A stretch of 64,000 nt of DNA from Dudresnaya verticillata (lineage: Eukaryota), in NCBI GenBank assembly GCA_977862235.1, contig OZ374566.1:744001-808000 (forward strand), read 5' to 3'. The notes under the pieces were generated by a model. It was not told the DNA's origin. It worked only from the letters and a program-made list of their open reading frames with translations, and ran no database searches. The position numbers were made by a program, and so were the translations under genes. This document shows, piece after piece, positions 24,501-34,204 of the stretch (position 1 is the first letter of the stretch; each line of letters begins with the position of its first letter).

Positions 24501-26105
24501 ACCGTGCTTGTAGATTTTCTGGATTGTCAGGGTGGCAATGTACTCCGTAGCCTTCTTCTCGGAGTGATACTTCCGCATCGAGAGGATGAAGTCCGGGGGG
24601 TAAACGCGACGCTCACCCTCACGGAAGACTAGTCGCTCTCTTCGCGGTGTCGACTTCTCTGGGTGCGCTGCCTGCGTCTGTGGCGAGTCACTGGCAGCGA
24701 TGCCATTAGCGGTGGACGTGGGACTCGGCTGGTCCATCTTCTTTTGTGATATCACCCCAACAGCAGCAGCGGACGGAGGCAGGGTGGCCTTGACCGCGGC
24801 GACATCTGGCTTGAAATGAGCTATGCCATTTGTTCCAGACTGAGGAGTGATGGCCTTGACGTCTGCTTCGTCGCGTGATGTGTCAGCAGCAACCGGAGTC
24901 GGGGCTGCAGCTGCTGTCGCCGCAGCCGTGGACGATGTCCCCACAAGAGCGTCAGCATTAGCAGACCCAGAAGCAGCAGGCGTGGTAGCAGCCGCAGCAG
25001 CGGGGGCCGGCTTGGACGAGGCGTTCGGCTTGTTCTCCTCCTGCGTGACGGAGAGAGCCGACGTGTCGCGCGGCAACTTGGCGGCGGCTGCAGTAGCTGG
25101 TGCAGCGGAAGAGGGCGGGACGGGAGTGGGTTGGGCCGTGTTCAATTCAGCAGGCAACTTTGCCGGGGCTTCGACGACGGCGACATCCGGCTTGACCGGG
25201 ACAGGCTTCAACGCAGGTCGGCTGGAGTCCTCAACTGGCGGTGCCGGGGCAGCAGCCTTGTCCGCGACGACTGCCGAGGCATTCGAGACAGCCGTGGCAG
25301 CAGTGTCGACCGGGGCGGGTGGGGTGGTCTTGTTCTCCGAGACAAGCGGTGTGGCCTGGGGCTTCTTCTTCTCTGGGGCGTTTGTATGCGGATTGTCGGC
25401 TGGGTCGGCGACGAGGGGCAGCGGGCGTGCAGTGCGTGGTGGGATACGCACAGGGGCGGCGGGTGTGGATGGATGGGCAGCAGCCGGGGCCTTGTCGACG
25501 TTTGAGACCTTGACCTCCTCATTGGTATCCGGGTCGACAATGGCGAGGATGGTCTTCTTCCGTGGCTGGACGGGAGGGTGTTGCACACGGCGCGGGGGCG
25601 CGCGCGGCGGACCCGCGACCGGCGGGGCGGGCTGCGGGGCGAAGGCGCGCGGGGCGCGCTGCTGTGGCGGGGGCTGCTGCGGTGGGCCGGCGGTTGGCTG
25701 CATTGGAGAGTAGCCAAACGGCGGCGCGTACATGAAGCCGGCGGCAGCGGCGGCGGCGGGGTTGTACTGGGCCGGGGTAGGCACGCCGCCGTATGGCGGC
25801 ATGGCGTAAGGAGACGACACAGGGAAGTAGGGTTGCTGTGCATGGTGAGGCGGGAGGGCAGGGCGCGGCGGCTGCGGCTGGCCGGGGCGGCCATACGGCG
25901 GAGGCTGCGGCTGCTGCGAAGGCTGCGGCGGAGCCCCGGCAGGGCCGCGCGCCGCAGCGGCGGCGGCGGCAGCAGCTGCGTAGCGAAGCGGGGCGGACCC
26001 GACGACGTGGGGAGGTTGGGCGGGGGCGGGGACGCGCGACGGGGGCGGGCCGGGGGCGGCGAGGTGTCGCGGCGCGGCGGGGGCGGGCTCGGGCTCTGGC
26101 GGCAT
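21558..26105 (-). CDS. eIF4G: Translation initiation factor eIF4G (MIF4G + MA3 + W2), intronless, 1515 aa
   Basis: Pro/Gln-rich N-terminus, RKKTILAIVDP, RRVYPPDFIL (4E site), MIF4G IRSLLNKLT...FEKALFEPKFSGMYAELC...FIGELF...RIRFMLQDL, MA3 LQEY..GD..E, W2 LYYSDIVEEDVFIKW...FIDWLQTAEEE. Confidence 0.95.
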   Translation of the reverse strand: MPPEPEPAPAAPRHLAAPGPPPSRVPAPAQPPHVVGSAPLRYAAAAAAAAAARGPAGAPPQPSQQPQPPPYGRPGQPQPPRPALPPHHAQQPYFPVSSPYAMPPYGGVPTPAQYNPAAAAAAGFMYAPPFGYSPMQPTAGPPQQPPPQQRAPRAFAPQPAPPVAGPPRAPPRRVQHPPVQPRKKTILAIVDPDTNEEVKVSNVDKAPAAAHPSTPAAPVRIPPRTARPLPLVADPADNPHTNAPEKKKPQATPLVSENKTTPPAPVDTAATAVSNASAVVADKAAAPAPPVEDSSRPALKPVPVKPDVAVVEAPAKLPAELNTAQPTPVPPSSAAPATAAAAKLPRDTSALSVTQEENKPNASSKPAPAAAAATTPAASGSANADALVGTSSTAAATAAAAPTPVAADTSRDEADVKAITPQSGTNGIAHFKPDVAAVKATLPPSAAAVGVISQKKMDQPSPTSTANGIAASDSPQTQAAHPEKSTPRRERLVFREGERRVYPPDFILSMRKYHSEKKATEYIATLTIQKIYKHGTPPSSNSRNGDPRGTRSMRAQPGPLSVDPRGKRAFPPGGPGYMGPVRGSVAPGVMGVGPYDAFDLRSARSQNPPPAPKGQQHMRDPRGSRHGGGRYDGPVRNGHGPIDPFVNHAPVEKLKKSEHGWKRDRESDGEIAGKVKQIRSLLNKLTLEKFEKIFKQIIDIDISSYEILTGVVKEVFEKALFEPKFSGMYAELCRRLDLATRDMLHKANVKDSNGKAIYFRNILLNNCKEEFTRFADANTAPVQNGDAPDEDPSNEAAAEVCKKKDPNEGDSPPQGGGGGGDPNNADGPDRELTPEEIRQQANRERLEREQAALEATKAKRRMLANVRFIGELFLKDLLRESTIHRHCIQKLLVLGIGTKEEDVLEALCKLLSKTGEKLSANKEAGQHMDGYFKPLITMAQDHSLPARIRFMLQDLIEQRANGWKVRREEAGAKTIKEIHQDIEKEERAKADAQAAARDRRRGGGGMHGRDRGSQNFPPRVSAMTMASRQRSGSSVSRSNFMLEKHANRAASNAPSSFQGVRLGPKGNTGNSASSGLSRSAGGKYGALAGLSESRENTSAHSEMKRPGVAKKWQPSSRRPAQQKAEPVEQKPKLMDVELVRQKAKSMLQEYWLSGDLVEVEECIKQDIPPPNYPKFVEEAVKVSLDARQADLEKSIPAFQGLLKERIPGKDFGAGFKAVIAALPDLEMDNPRACDYVGKYIGAVAATKKLSDEKDPLFGLEFIKDSVAKISDPKKGTKLIVHVLAAVHKALGATVSDESERQRLVKVAFRGLGVDIAAKMDSFNPMKGLSSLQDMLQGQGVTFLVPLLPIQIRLKEVLVDKATSESVTAVLNADGVSPTELQSEDMMRMVIRLSFDWLFSSPPESIKDTFGRIVGQPLAALFKNQIPKDVQMAALLETQLFIFQNMDRLPAHKEEDTDKPGHIAFNCLYYSDIVEEDVFIKWKEDTDKSDAVGGKDKVLLQTCKFIDWLQTAEEEV

Positions 26106-26990
26106 GGTTGCGTGCGAGAGCGGGGGCGCGCGTGAGCGTGGGCGGTTGTGGTAGCGTGGGAGGGGGACGGAGGCGGGGGCGCGAGCGTCGGTGGGGGAGG
26201 GGGGGCGGTAGGGTGGGCGGCAGTGCTCGCGAGCGAGGAGGGTGCCTTGGCTGGAGGGGAGAGGGCGGCGGGCGGGCGCGACGCTGGCGCGGAAATAGGA
26301 GTTGGCGCGGCGTCGCGTCGCGGCCGGCGACGTCCGCGACGCCCCGCCGGTGCGGTGTAAGGACCGCGCGTGTCAGCTTTCGCGGCGCCGGTGCTGTGGT
26401 GTGGTGTGCTGTGCGGCTGCGCGCGCCCCGCGAGAAGCTGCGCGAAAAGCGACGCGAAACGACCAATTCCGCGCGCCGCACATCGCCCCGCCAAACTGCG
26501 CTCGCGCACGCACGCACGGCACTGCACCCGCCCCGATTCCCGCAGATTCGCTGCTCGCCCGCCGCTCGCCCGCCGCCGCCCGCCCGATGCGACGCGCCTG
26601 CGCGGGGACGTCGACGCCGGCGCGCAGTCGCCCGTCGCCGTCCCGGTCCGTGCTCACCGTGCAAGCCGCGCGCTGAGCGCAGAACTGTCACACAACCCGC
26701 GCGCGCGCGCTACACGCAGAGCTGGCCACGCCGCGCGCGCGCCGCCGTCGTTGAGCGCATGTGATCATGCGCTCGCGCTCCGCGCGGCCCGCGCAAAAGC
26801 TGCTAATAAACGACGCGGGAGCCGGATGCGCAAAGCGCAAGCGTGTCGCCCTTCCCCCTCGCGCGGACGCGTGCGTGCGTGCGTGCGTGCGTGCGCGTGT
26901 GCGAGTCGCCAGCCGTTCCGCAGAGAGATGTCAGCGCGGGCCGGCGCTCGGTGGCGATTGGCCGCGCGCGCGGACGGGAGGGTGGGGAGC

Positions 26991-27050
26991 ACTCACTCGC
27001 ACACACACTCACTCACACACACTCACACACACACACACACACACACACAC
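26991..27050 (+). repeat. (CA)n / (CACT) microsatellite in the eIF4G divergent promoter region
   Basis: ACTCACTCGCACACACACTCACTCACACACACTC(AC)13; a (CGTG)n run also lies at about 26868-26900. Confidence 0.9.
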
Positions 27051-27338
27051 GTATCATAAGCTCTTCCACGCGCCGCGCGCTTGCGTCCCGTTCACCGCGC
27101 CCTTCCACCGCGTTTCGCTTTGCCACGCCACCGCCGCCTCCGCGCCCGTCCGCGCCTTTGTACATATACACTGCCGCTGCCGACACCCGCCCCGCGCCGC
27201 GTTAAGCGCGCCCCGCTGCAGCCCGGCCCCCCGTCCCTCAGTCGCGTCGACAACCCCGCGGTCTCTTCTCACCGGCACCCCGTCCCCCCTGCCCACCCGC
27301 CCGTCCCCGCCGCGCGCGCGCCCGCGCGCCCGCCCGCC

Positions 27339-27392
27339 ATGTTCTCCGCGCTCACGCACCGCGCGCGCAGCGGCCACTCGCTCGACCCGTCC

Positions 27393-27428
<36 letters not shown>

Positions 27429-28277
27429 ACGGGGGCCGTGCACGCGCCGCCGACCGCGGCGGGCGCGCTGCGCCACTCGCGCTCCTCGCCGATGGGCCGC
27501 GCGCGCGCCGCGTCCCCGATGCAGAAGCTGCGCGGCATGGCCTTCGGCCCGCGCCTGCACGAGCCGTCCAACCCGGACTATCTGGCCCAGAAGCACAAGC
27601 TGGATCATCTCGCCGCGTTTCTGCGCGCCGCTCTGCATGTCCTGTCCGACTCGCTCGACGCGTGGACCGCCTTGGCGCGCCAGCAGAGCCACTTTGCCGC
27701 CTTAGTCGAGCAGGCCGGCCTGTCCGGATCTGCTCGCTCGCGCTGCGCCCGCTCCGCGCGTACTACGGCGCGGTGCGCCGCAGACCTCGCACCCGACGTC
27801 ATGCGCTCCGCCGTCGTGCCCGGCGTGCTCGACCAGCTGCGAAGGTTTTTGGGCCATGTCACTGCGCTGCAGGAGAGGTATCGTGACGTCAGGAAGATGA
27901 AGAAGGAGTACGATGTCGCCGCGCAGCGGCTCCGCTCGGTGCAGGCCAAGCTCGGGGGTGGCGGGGAGGCGATGGTCAAGGCGCGCACAAGGCACGACCG
28001 CGGCAAGGAACTGTACGAAGCCATGGTGCGGCGCATGGCGGAACGCATGGCAGAGGCAAACGCACGCATGCCTGACGTTGTTCGTACGGTGCACTACCTG
28101 TATTGGCTGATGCAGGACAAGGCGGCCGAGCGACTGCTTGAGGGAACAGAGGTGGACATGAAGTATGCGAGTGCGGCGGAACCCGCGTTGTGTTATGTCA
28201 CGTTCTGCCACGGGCTCAGGCCGCCGGCATCGATGTTTCAGACTCTTGATGCGCGTCCGGAATCGCGACGAAAATGA
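27339..28277 (+). CDS. BAR/AH-like coiled-coil protein with N-terminal polyproline
   Basis: ATG in GCCGCC-like context; (CCG)11 run; helical region NPDYLAQKHKLDHL...VLDQLRRFLGHVTALQERY..KKEYD.. Confidence 0.65.
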
Positions 28278-29073
28278 GTAGGTGGTCGGCGTTGTTTAGA
28301 AGTTTGATGTTGAGTGCACTGTCGGCAAGTCTACTTGCCTGGATTGGTGTGAGATATGAGTTTTGAGGATTTGACCTATCTTCGCATGACATGACCGTGA
28401 CTGTGGCCCTGGCGTTGGCGGTGTTACTCGTTGAGGTGCACGAAGCCGGGCGATGTGCTTCCTGCTGTGATGCCGGCGAGGCCATCCCCCCCCCGAGGCG
28501 CTCAGTCGATCGAGGGACAAAGCATCTCCAAGCCGCAGCAACAGTCCACGTGCTGTGGCCCAGCCAATGGAGCATAGACGCGTACTCCATTTTTCGCGTC
28601 TGATATCGGAAAACGTGTATGGCGTGGCATGCGGCTGACGGGTCTGACACGCTGCACGTGGGCTATCATACGCCACTCTCTGCCCTTTTTCGTGTCAGGT
28701 GCACTAAATCGGTCCATTTTTAATCACATTTCGCACTCATTCACACTCTGTCTTACGACCGTTGCGCAACGTGCCCCGATCTTCCGCAGCGCAGACACGA
28801 AGGGCGCGCCCGCGCCACGTGCGCTGTAATGCCGCTGCTTGACACCGGTTCGGTTCGCAACCCGTGCCATGCCATTGCATCACTTCGCACTTCCCCATCG
28901 CCTGCTTTACGTTGGCACCGGCACCCCCAATTTCGCTTCGCCCCCGGGTCCTATCCTTCCCGTCCCCCTTCTTCTTCACCCGCGCGCGCACACTCCGCCG
29001 TCGTCGCGCACGTCCCTCCACCCACCCGCGATTCACATCGTCGCCCGCGCGCATCCCTACCCATCCGCCCAAA

Positions 29074-30590
29074 ATGGCGCCCGGCGGAATGCTCCTTTTC
29101 AACGTCGACGACGGCTACCTCGAGGGAATTCTTCGTGGCTATCGCTCCGTACGTTTCGCGTGCTGTCCACGCCCAATACTTTCCCGTACTTTCAACCGCC
29201 CCTCCCATTCCCTTCCAAAATTGCTGACCTCCCGACTGTCTATTGCTCGCTCGCCCTGAACGCCTGCGCCGCCGTCTGTTCGCTTGCCCCACCGTCCATG
29301 CACCTCCGTTGGCGTGCACAGGGCTTTCTTTCCTCGGCCGACTTCGTCGCGCTCACCCAGTGCGAGTCTTTGGAAGATGTCCGCATGCATCTCACGGTAC
29401 GTTGAGTCGTCATGTTTTGGTTTTGCCAACACGTCTTGGACGCGGCTATGCGTAACTGTGCGACCCGAGATATGAAGCCTTGCTAACAAAACTTGTTACC
29501 GTGCGAATGCATCACCCCTTCTACTATGTAACCCGCCGCAGGCTACAGACTATGGAAACTTCCTGCAAAACGAGCCCACCCCGCTGTCGACAAAGACTAT
29601 TGCGGAGCACGCCACGAAGAAACTCGTGGACGAGTTTCGCTTCATCCGCGCACAGGCCGTGGAGCCCCTGGCGACATTTTTGGACTATCTGACGTACCCG
29701 TACATGATTGACAACCTGATTCTGCTGATCACGGGCACGCTGCACGACCGCGACATATCCGATCTCATCGACAAGTGTCACCCGCTGGGCCTGTTCGACA
29801 CGATGGCGTCGTTGTGCATCGCTTCCACACCCGAGGAGCTGTACCGCGAGATCGTCGTTGACACCCCGCTGGCCCCGTACTTTGCAGAGTGCGTCTCGCT
29901 CGAGGACCTCACCGATATCAACATCGAGATCATCCGCAACACTCTGTACAAGGCGTACCTTGAGGACTTCCACCGCCTCTGTATGAAGCTTGGCGGCGCT
30001 ACCGCGGAGCTTATGGGCGAGATCCTCGAGTTTGAGGCTGACAGGAGGGCCATTAATATTACGCTCAATTCCTTCGGCACGGAGCTTACCAAACACGAAC
30101 GCGAGAAGTTGTACCCGACCATTGGCACCTTGTTCCCGGAGGGTATCGTACGTCTTGCCCGCGCTGATGACGCTCAGGCAGTTGCCTCCGCTATCGAGCC
30201 GTATTCTGCCTACAGGAAGCTGTTCCAGACCGCCGCCGATAACGTTGACAAGAGTCTGGAGGATGCCTTTTTCGAGCACGAGGTGCTCCTTTGCAAGCAG
30301 ACCTTTGAGCAGCAGTTCCATTATGGTGTCTTCTACGCTTACTTACGCTTGAAGGAACAAGAAGTCAGGAACATTTTATGGATTTCTGAGGTACGTGCCT
30401 GCCCAGACTGCTTGGCAGCATCAGCGATGAGAGCGAGACGGAAGAGTGGACCGCTTGGTAGTTCTAACATAGCCTCTATTGCGTGCGCATCCTCTTTCAT
30501 GTCGTGTGTTCTATGCATTGCTACATACAGTGCATATCTCAAAAGCAGAAGAGAAGAATCAACAGTTTTGTTACCTCCGCCTTTTCGTAG
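29074..30590 (+). CDS. VHA-d: V-type H+-ATPase V0 subunit d; exons 29074-29148, 29322-29396, 29542-30390, 30531-30590 (352 aa)
   Basis: [44 protein letters not shown]...YMIDN...KCHPLG...[19 protein letters not shown]...[24 protein letters not shown]. Three phase-0 introns, all GTACGT..CAG. Confidence 0.96.
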
Positions 30591-30880
30591 ACGGCTTCGT
30601 GTTGCCAGAGTTGTGCAGATCTCTCCGGTTCTGATCTGGAACAAGGGCAGATTGCGTCACCTAAGGTGGCATTGTCCAAGCGTAAAAACTTTCTCTAACT
30701 TGATCGTAGTTGACTTCTACGACGTGGGCTAGCTGCGGAACTATCTTTTTTGAACTATTGGCCAAGCATTGCCCCGTCACTTTACAAAGATGCGTTACAT
30801 AGGGAGTTCTGTCCAGTGGCATCGGGGCCGAAGCGGATTAGCCGGAAACCAATACCTGCGCTTCGAAGAGAGTTCTCGAG

Positions 30881-31702
30881 TCAGTCGCCGTCGTCACTAG
30901 TGCTGTGTGCACCGTCCTTATCATCTGACTGTCCATTCAACATGGCCAGGCGCGCACGCACGCTTGAGCTCGGATGCGCAACACTACCATTGGTCTCCTC
31001 GGTTCCGTTCTGATGCCCATTTGGGCGATTCTCTGCGTCACTATCCTTCTCCGAGTCATCCGAATCGGAGTCATCCTTATCCAGCGCCCTCAGCACGCGA
31101 TGCCCAAGCCGCGCGGCCTCATTCCTGTAATGCGCCTTTCGCCTCGCCGCAAATAGCTCCTTGCTCCTCGGAGAACTCCCACCAGAAGAGTGTGCAAAAT
31201 CGTCGCTGATATGCACGGAGCGGCCAGCACTACCACCAGACGATGCGCCATCGCTCGAAGCACCACTCCCACGACGCATGGAAGCCTCCAGGCTACGGAA
31301 GCCCACCAGCTGCTCGCGTGGAATGAACGACGGTGACTCGGGAGGGCTCTGGTGCGCAGAACCAGAAGTCGAGCTACCCGTCTCGCTCCCCTGCACGTAC
31401 GGGGTCTTCGGCTCATCGATCTTCATGCGCGGCCCAGCGCGCTCCATCTCCTGCGCGTTCGAAATGAGATTGTCCTCGTCCCACTGCAGACGCGACTTTT
31501 TCTTGGACGACTCATCCAGTGTCGGGGCTCCGTCGACAGAGCCGTTCGCAGCAGAAGCAGACGCGGTAGCGCCTGCGGTGCTTGGCGCACGAAGAGCCGG
31601 GGGCACTGCGGATGCTGTGACCTCTGTTTCGGCGTCGGGTGCACCGGCTGTGCTGGCGTCAGGCGCCGTCTTCTGATCCTTGTCCGGCGCTTGGTCCGGC
31701 AT
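30881..31702 (-). CDS. PPP1R2: Protein phosphatase 1 inhibitor-2 (IPP-2)
   Basis: RLQWDEDNL, MKIDEPKTPY (PxTP), FAARRKAHYRNE (HYNE-type motif). Confidence 0.9.
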   Translation of the reverse strand: MPDQAPDKDQKTAPDASTAGAPDAETEVTASAVPPALRAPSTAGATASASAANGSVDGAPTLDESSKKKSRLQWDEDNLISNAQEMERAGPRMKIDEPKTPYVQGSETGSSTSGSAHQSPPESPSFIPREQLVGFRSLEASMRRGSGASSDGASSGGSAGRSVHISDDFAHSSGGSSPRSKELFAARRKAHYRNEAARLGHRVLRALDKDDSDSDDSEKDSDAENRPNGHQNGTEETNGSVAHPSSSVRARLAMLNGQSDDKDGAHSTSDDGD

Positions 31703-32390
31703 GATGGCGGGAAGCCTCCGGGTGCGACTCGGAACGGAAAGAGTGAGCGTTCGCTTTCAAGGGCGAGGTGCGAACGGCCGTTAGTTAGCGGAGCTGTTGC
31801 GCGGTTGCGCGGTGGGGTGCAGTTTGTCTGGCAGGGTGGGGTGGTCAGTACCGAGGGGGGTGCAGGGGCGGGAAGACGTTGCGTTTGTTGAAGAGGAAAG
31901 GGGCTGAGTAGTCTACGCGGGGTGTTCGGTGCGCTTTTGGGCATAGCGACTGACGTTTCGCGAACAAGATTCGAGCGAGATTTGGGGATTTTAGGGAGTG
32001 CACTGAGAAGTGGCGCTCATGTGGAAGGGCATGAGCGTCGGCCAATAGCAGCGCGAAGAGGCGGATACTGCACTCGGCGTTCCACCTCCCCGCGTGCCAC
32101 GGCTACTCCCATTGGTCGCGCCGCCACACACGTCACCAAAGTCGCAACACACGCTTTTTTTGTCTTTTTAATCTTTACAGCTCGCGCAGAGTGGCTTCAC
32201 CCTTTCGGGTTGCAACAGCAACGCACGCTTCCCAATCCGGTCGCCTCGTCCGCACCATGCCTTCCAGACATCTTCGGCTGCGCCAACTTGCGCTCTCCCG
32301 AACCACTTCAGCCCAACGAATCGGGCAGAAACGCAACGCTGTGCTGCACGCGTATACCGAACTTGCGCTCCCACGTGCCATGGGTTGCAG

Positions 32391-33548
32391 TCAGGTCGCG
32401 CGTGCGACCGCTACAGTGTCGCTGCTGTCCGGGCGCCGCACTCGTCCGCCGAGCAGCGTCTCCTCAGTTAGGTGGGCTGGCAGTTCGTGCTTGGCTCGCG
32501 TATCGCGTCGCAGGTTTTTCTGACGCGAACGGATCTTGCGCTTTTTCCGCACCTTCCACGCCCCTCCGTTCCCAGTATGTACCCCTCCAGACCACGTGGT
32601 CGCACGGGCTGCTTGCGAAGGTCCTGGCCAGCTCTTCTTGTTGCCCTCCGCCGCGTGTTTCTTCCCCGCAGCTATGCTCTCTGCGCTCTCCAGGAAGACA
32701 AATTTCGGTTTGGCTTCTTCCTGTGGGGCAGCAGAGGTTGGGACAACGTCAGGGGCAGTTTGTTTGATAAGCTCGTACTGCGCACTGCGTGCAGCGTGTG
32801 AAGGACTGCGGTCTTCTGCAATACTAGCAGGGGCACCAACCGTTGTTGGCGCGTGCTCTGTGTTGTTGTTTTTGTCCGGCTCTCCATCGTTGGACTTATC
32901 GATTGGAAGCATTTCGCTTCGTCGGCGTTTGGCCTTCTTTTTCTTCTTCTTTCGTTTCCTGGAAGAAACAAGCATGGGTTCATTCAAAGCACAACAGCAG
33001 CACCAAAGCGTCAGTATATCAGCATTTCATCAAAGCCGCTCGACATCGTAGCGCTCGGTGGAAGAGGTTCAAAGTGTGTGCTGTAGTGCGCATCGTACCG
33101 TTGCCCGATTACCGCCGCACGCGACTCATTTTCCTCATCTGTGGAAATGTGCCGCTCCCCCTCGTCCATATCCTCATGAGCCCGCGACCTACGCAGCGAA
33201 CCTCGCAGACGTCTTTCCGCCTCAGCAACAACCACGCCGCTGGACGCCTCATCCGGTCGGAATTCTGCACCAACGCCGAGTCTACGCAATCGGGAGATGC
33301 GGGGGAGAATGTCAGTTTTCCTATCTGCTGCCTCTGGTGCGCTGCGCGAAGAGCACCTGCGTTCCCTTCCAGAGCGGATTCGAAGCGCAGGAGAAAAGTG
33401 AAGTAACGTACGTTGACGGCCGTGGACGAAACGAAACCCCCTCGTCCTCGCTGGACGATTTTGGTGCTATGCCGTTTCGCTCGTTGTACCCGCTTAGGAA
33501 TGCTCTCACGGCATCCCGCGCCCTTGTGTCGACGACCAGCTCCTCCAT
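32391..33548 (-). CDS. Basic, probably nucleolar hypothetical protein (DUF3245-like 'RP.xLGxGA' motif); exons 33548-33412, 33281-33099, 32958-32391 (295 aa)
   Basis: Three ORF-track fragments join in frame via GTACGT..TAG and GTACGA..CAG introns: RPRPST|LGVGA...AERRLRGSL...DEENESRAAVIGQR|KRKKKKKK...RSRQKNLRRDTR. Confidence 0.75.
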
Positions 33549-34204
33549 GGCGAAATCTTGGGTTGGAGCTACCAGCTAGCGCAATGCGGTGGCTCGGGGC
33601 TGCTCGCGGCTAGCAAGACAACTCGCGCTGAGTAGAGCTTCGGTCGGTCTCAGTTCAGCCGACGACGACCAGGTAGAACTTGCTGGCTTGAGCGGAACGA
33701 AGGAAATTGCACCCCGAAATTTCGTAAGGGGTGTCAGTGACAGCTATCAAGTTGCTGAAGTCAGCTGCTTACCCGGGCGCTTTCATGTCAGCACATTCGG
33801 ATCTCGTCAGGAGGTTCCATCTCAGAAATGCCATTCTGTGTGGAGGGACTGCAAAACCCGTTACCAGCAGAGTAGGCGTCGCAACGAAGGTGCGAGGTGT
33901 GGTGTGACGCGCCCTGCTGCGCACTGTGAATTACGCTGCTGGGCACGGGCGAGCCATGACATGGCGACTATGGAGCAGAGCCTGGACGGAATGCAGCAGC
34001 TGAAGCATGTGCACTGCGCGATAGGCAACAGACAGCTTGTACGCGCTGATGGGTGGCGCGTTGATGTTTCCAGCTTGATCCGAGTGGTGCCGTTCTGAGA
34101 GAACAAGAGAAAGGAGAGCGGGAGCCGTTCGCAGGCCCCGTGGCCCGTTGGTGAATTCAATCCAGTCAGCCACTGCAATGCCGCTGGGCCGCTCTTTCGC
34201 CGCC

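Noticed and set aside
25208..27705. Many long overlapping Arg/Ala/Pro-rich ORFs on both strands
   Set aside because: Artefacts of extreme GC content and antisense frames of real genes.
30391..30732. Read-through C-terminal extension of V-ATPase d in the ORF track
   Set aside because: Explained by intron 30391-30530; splicing restores the conserved C-terminus.
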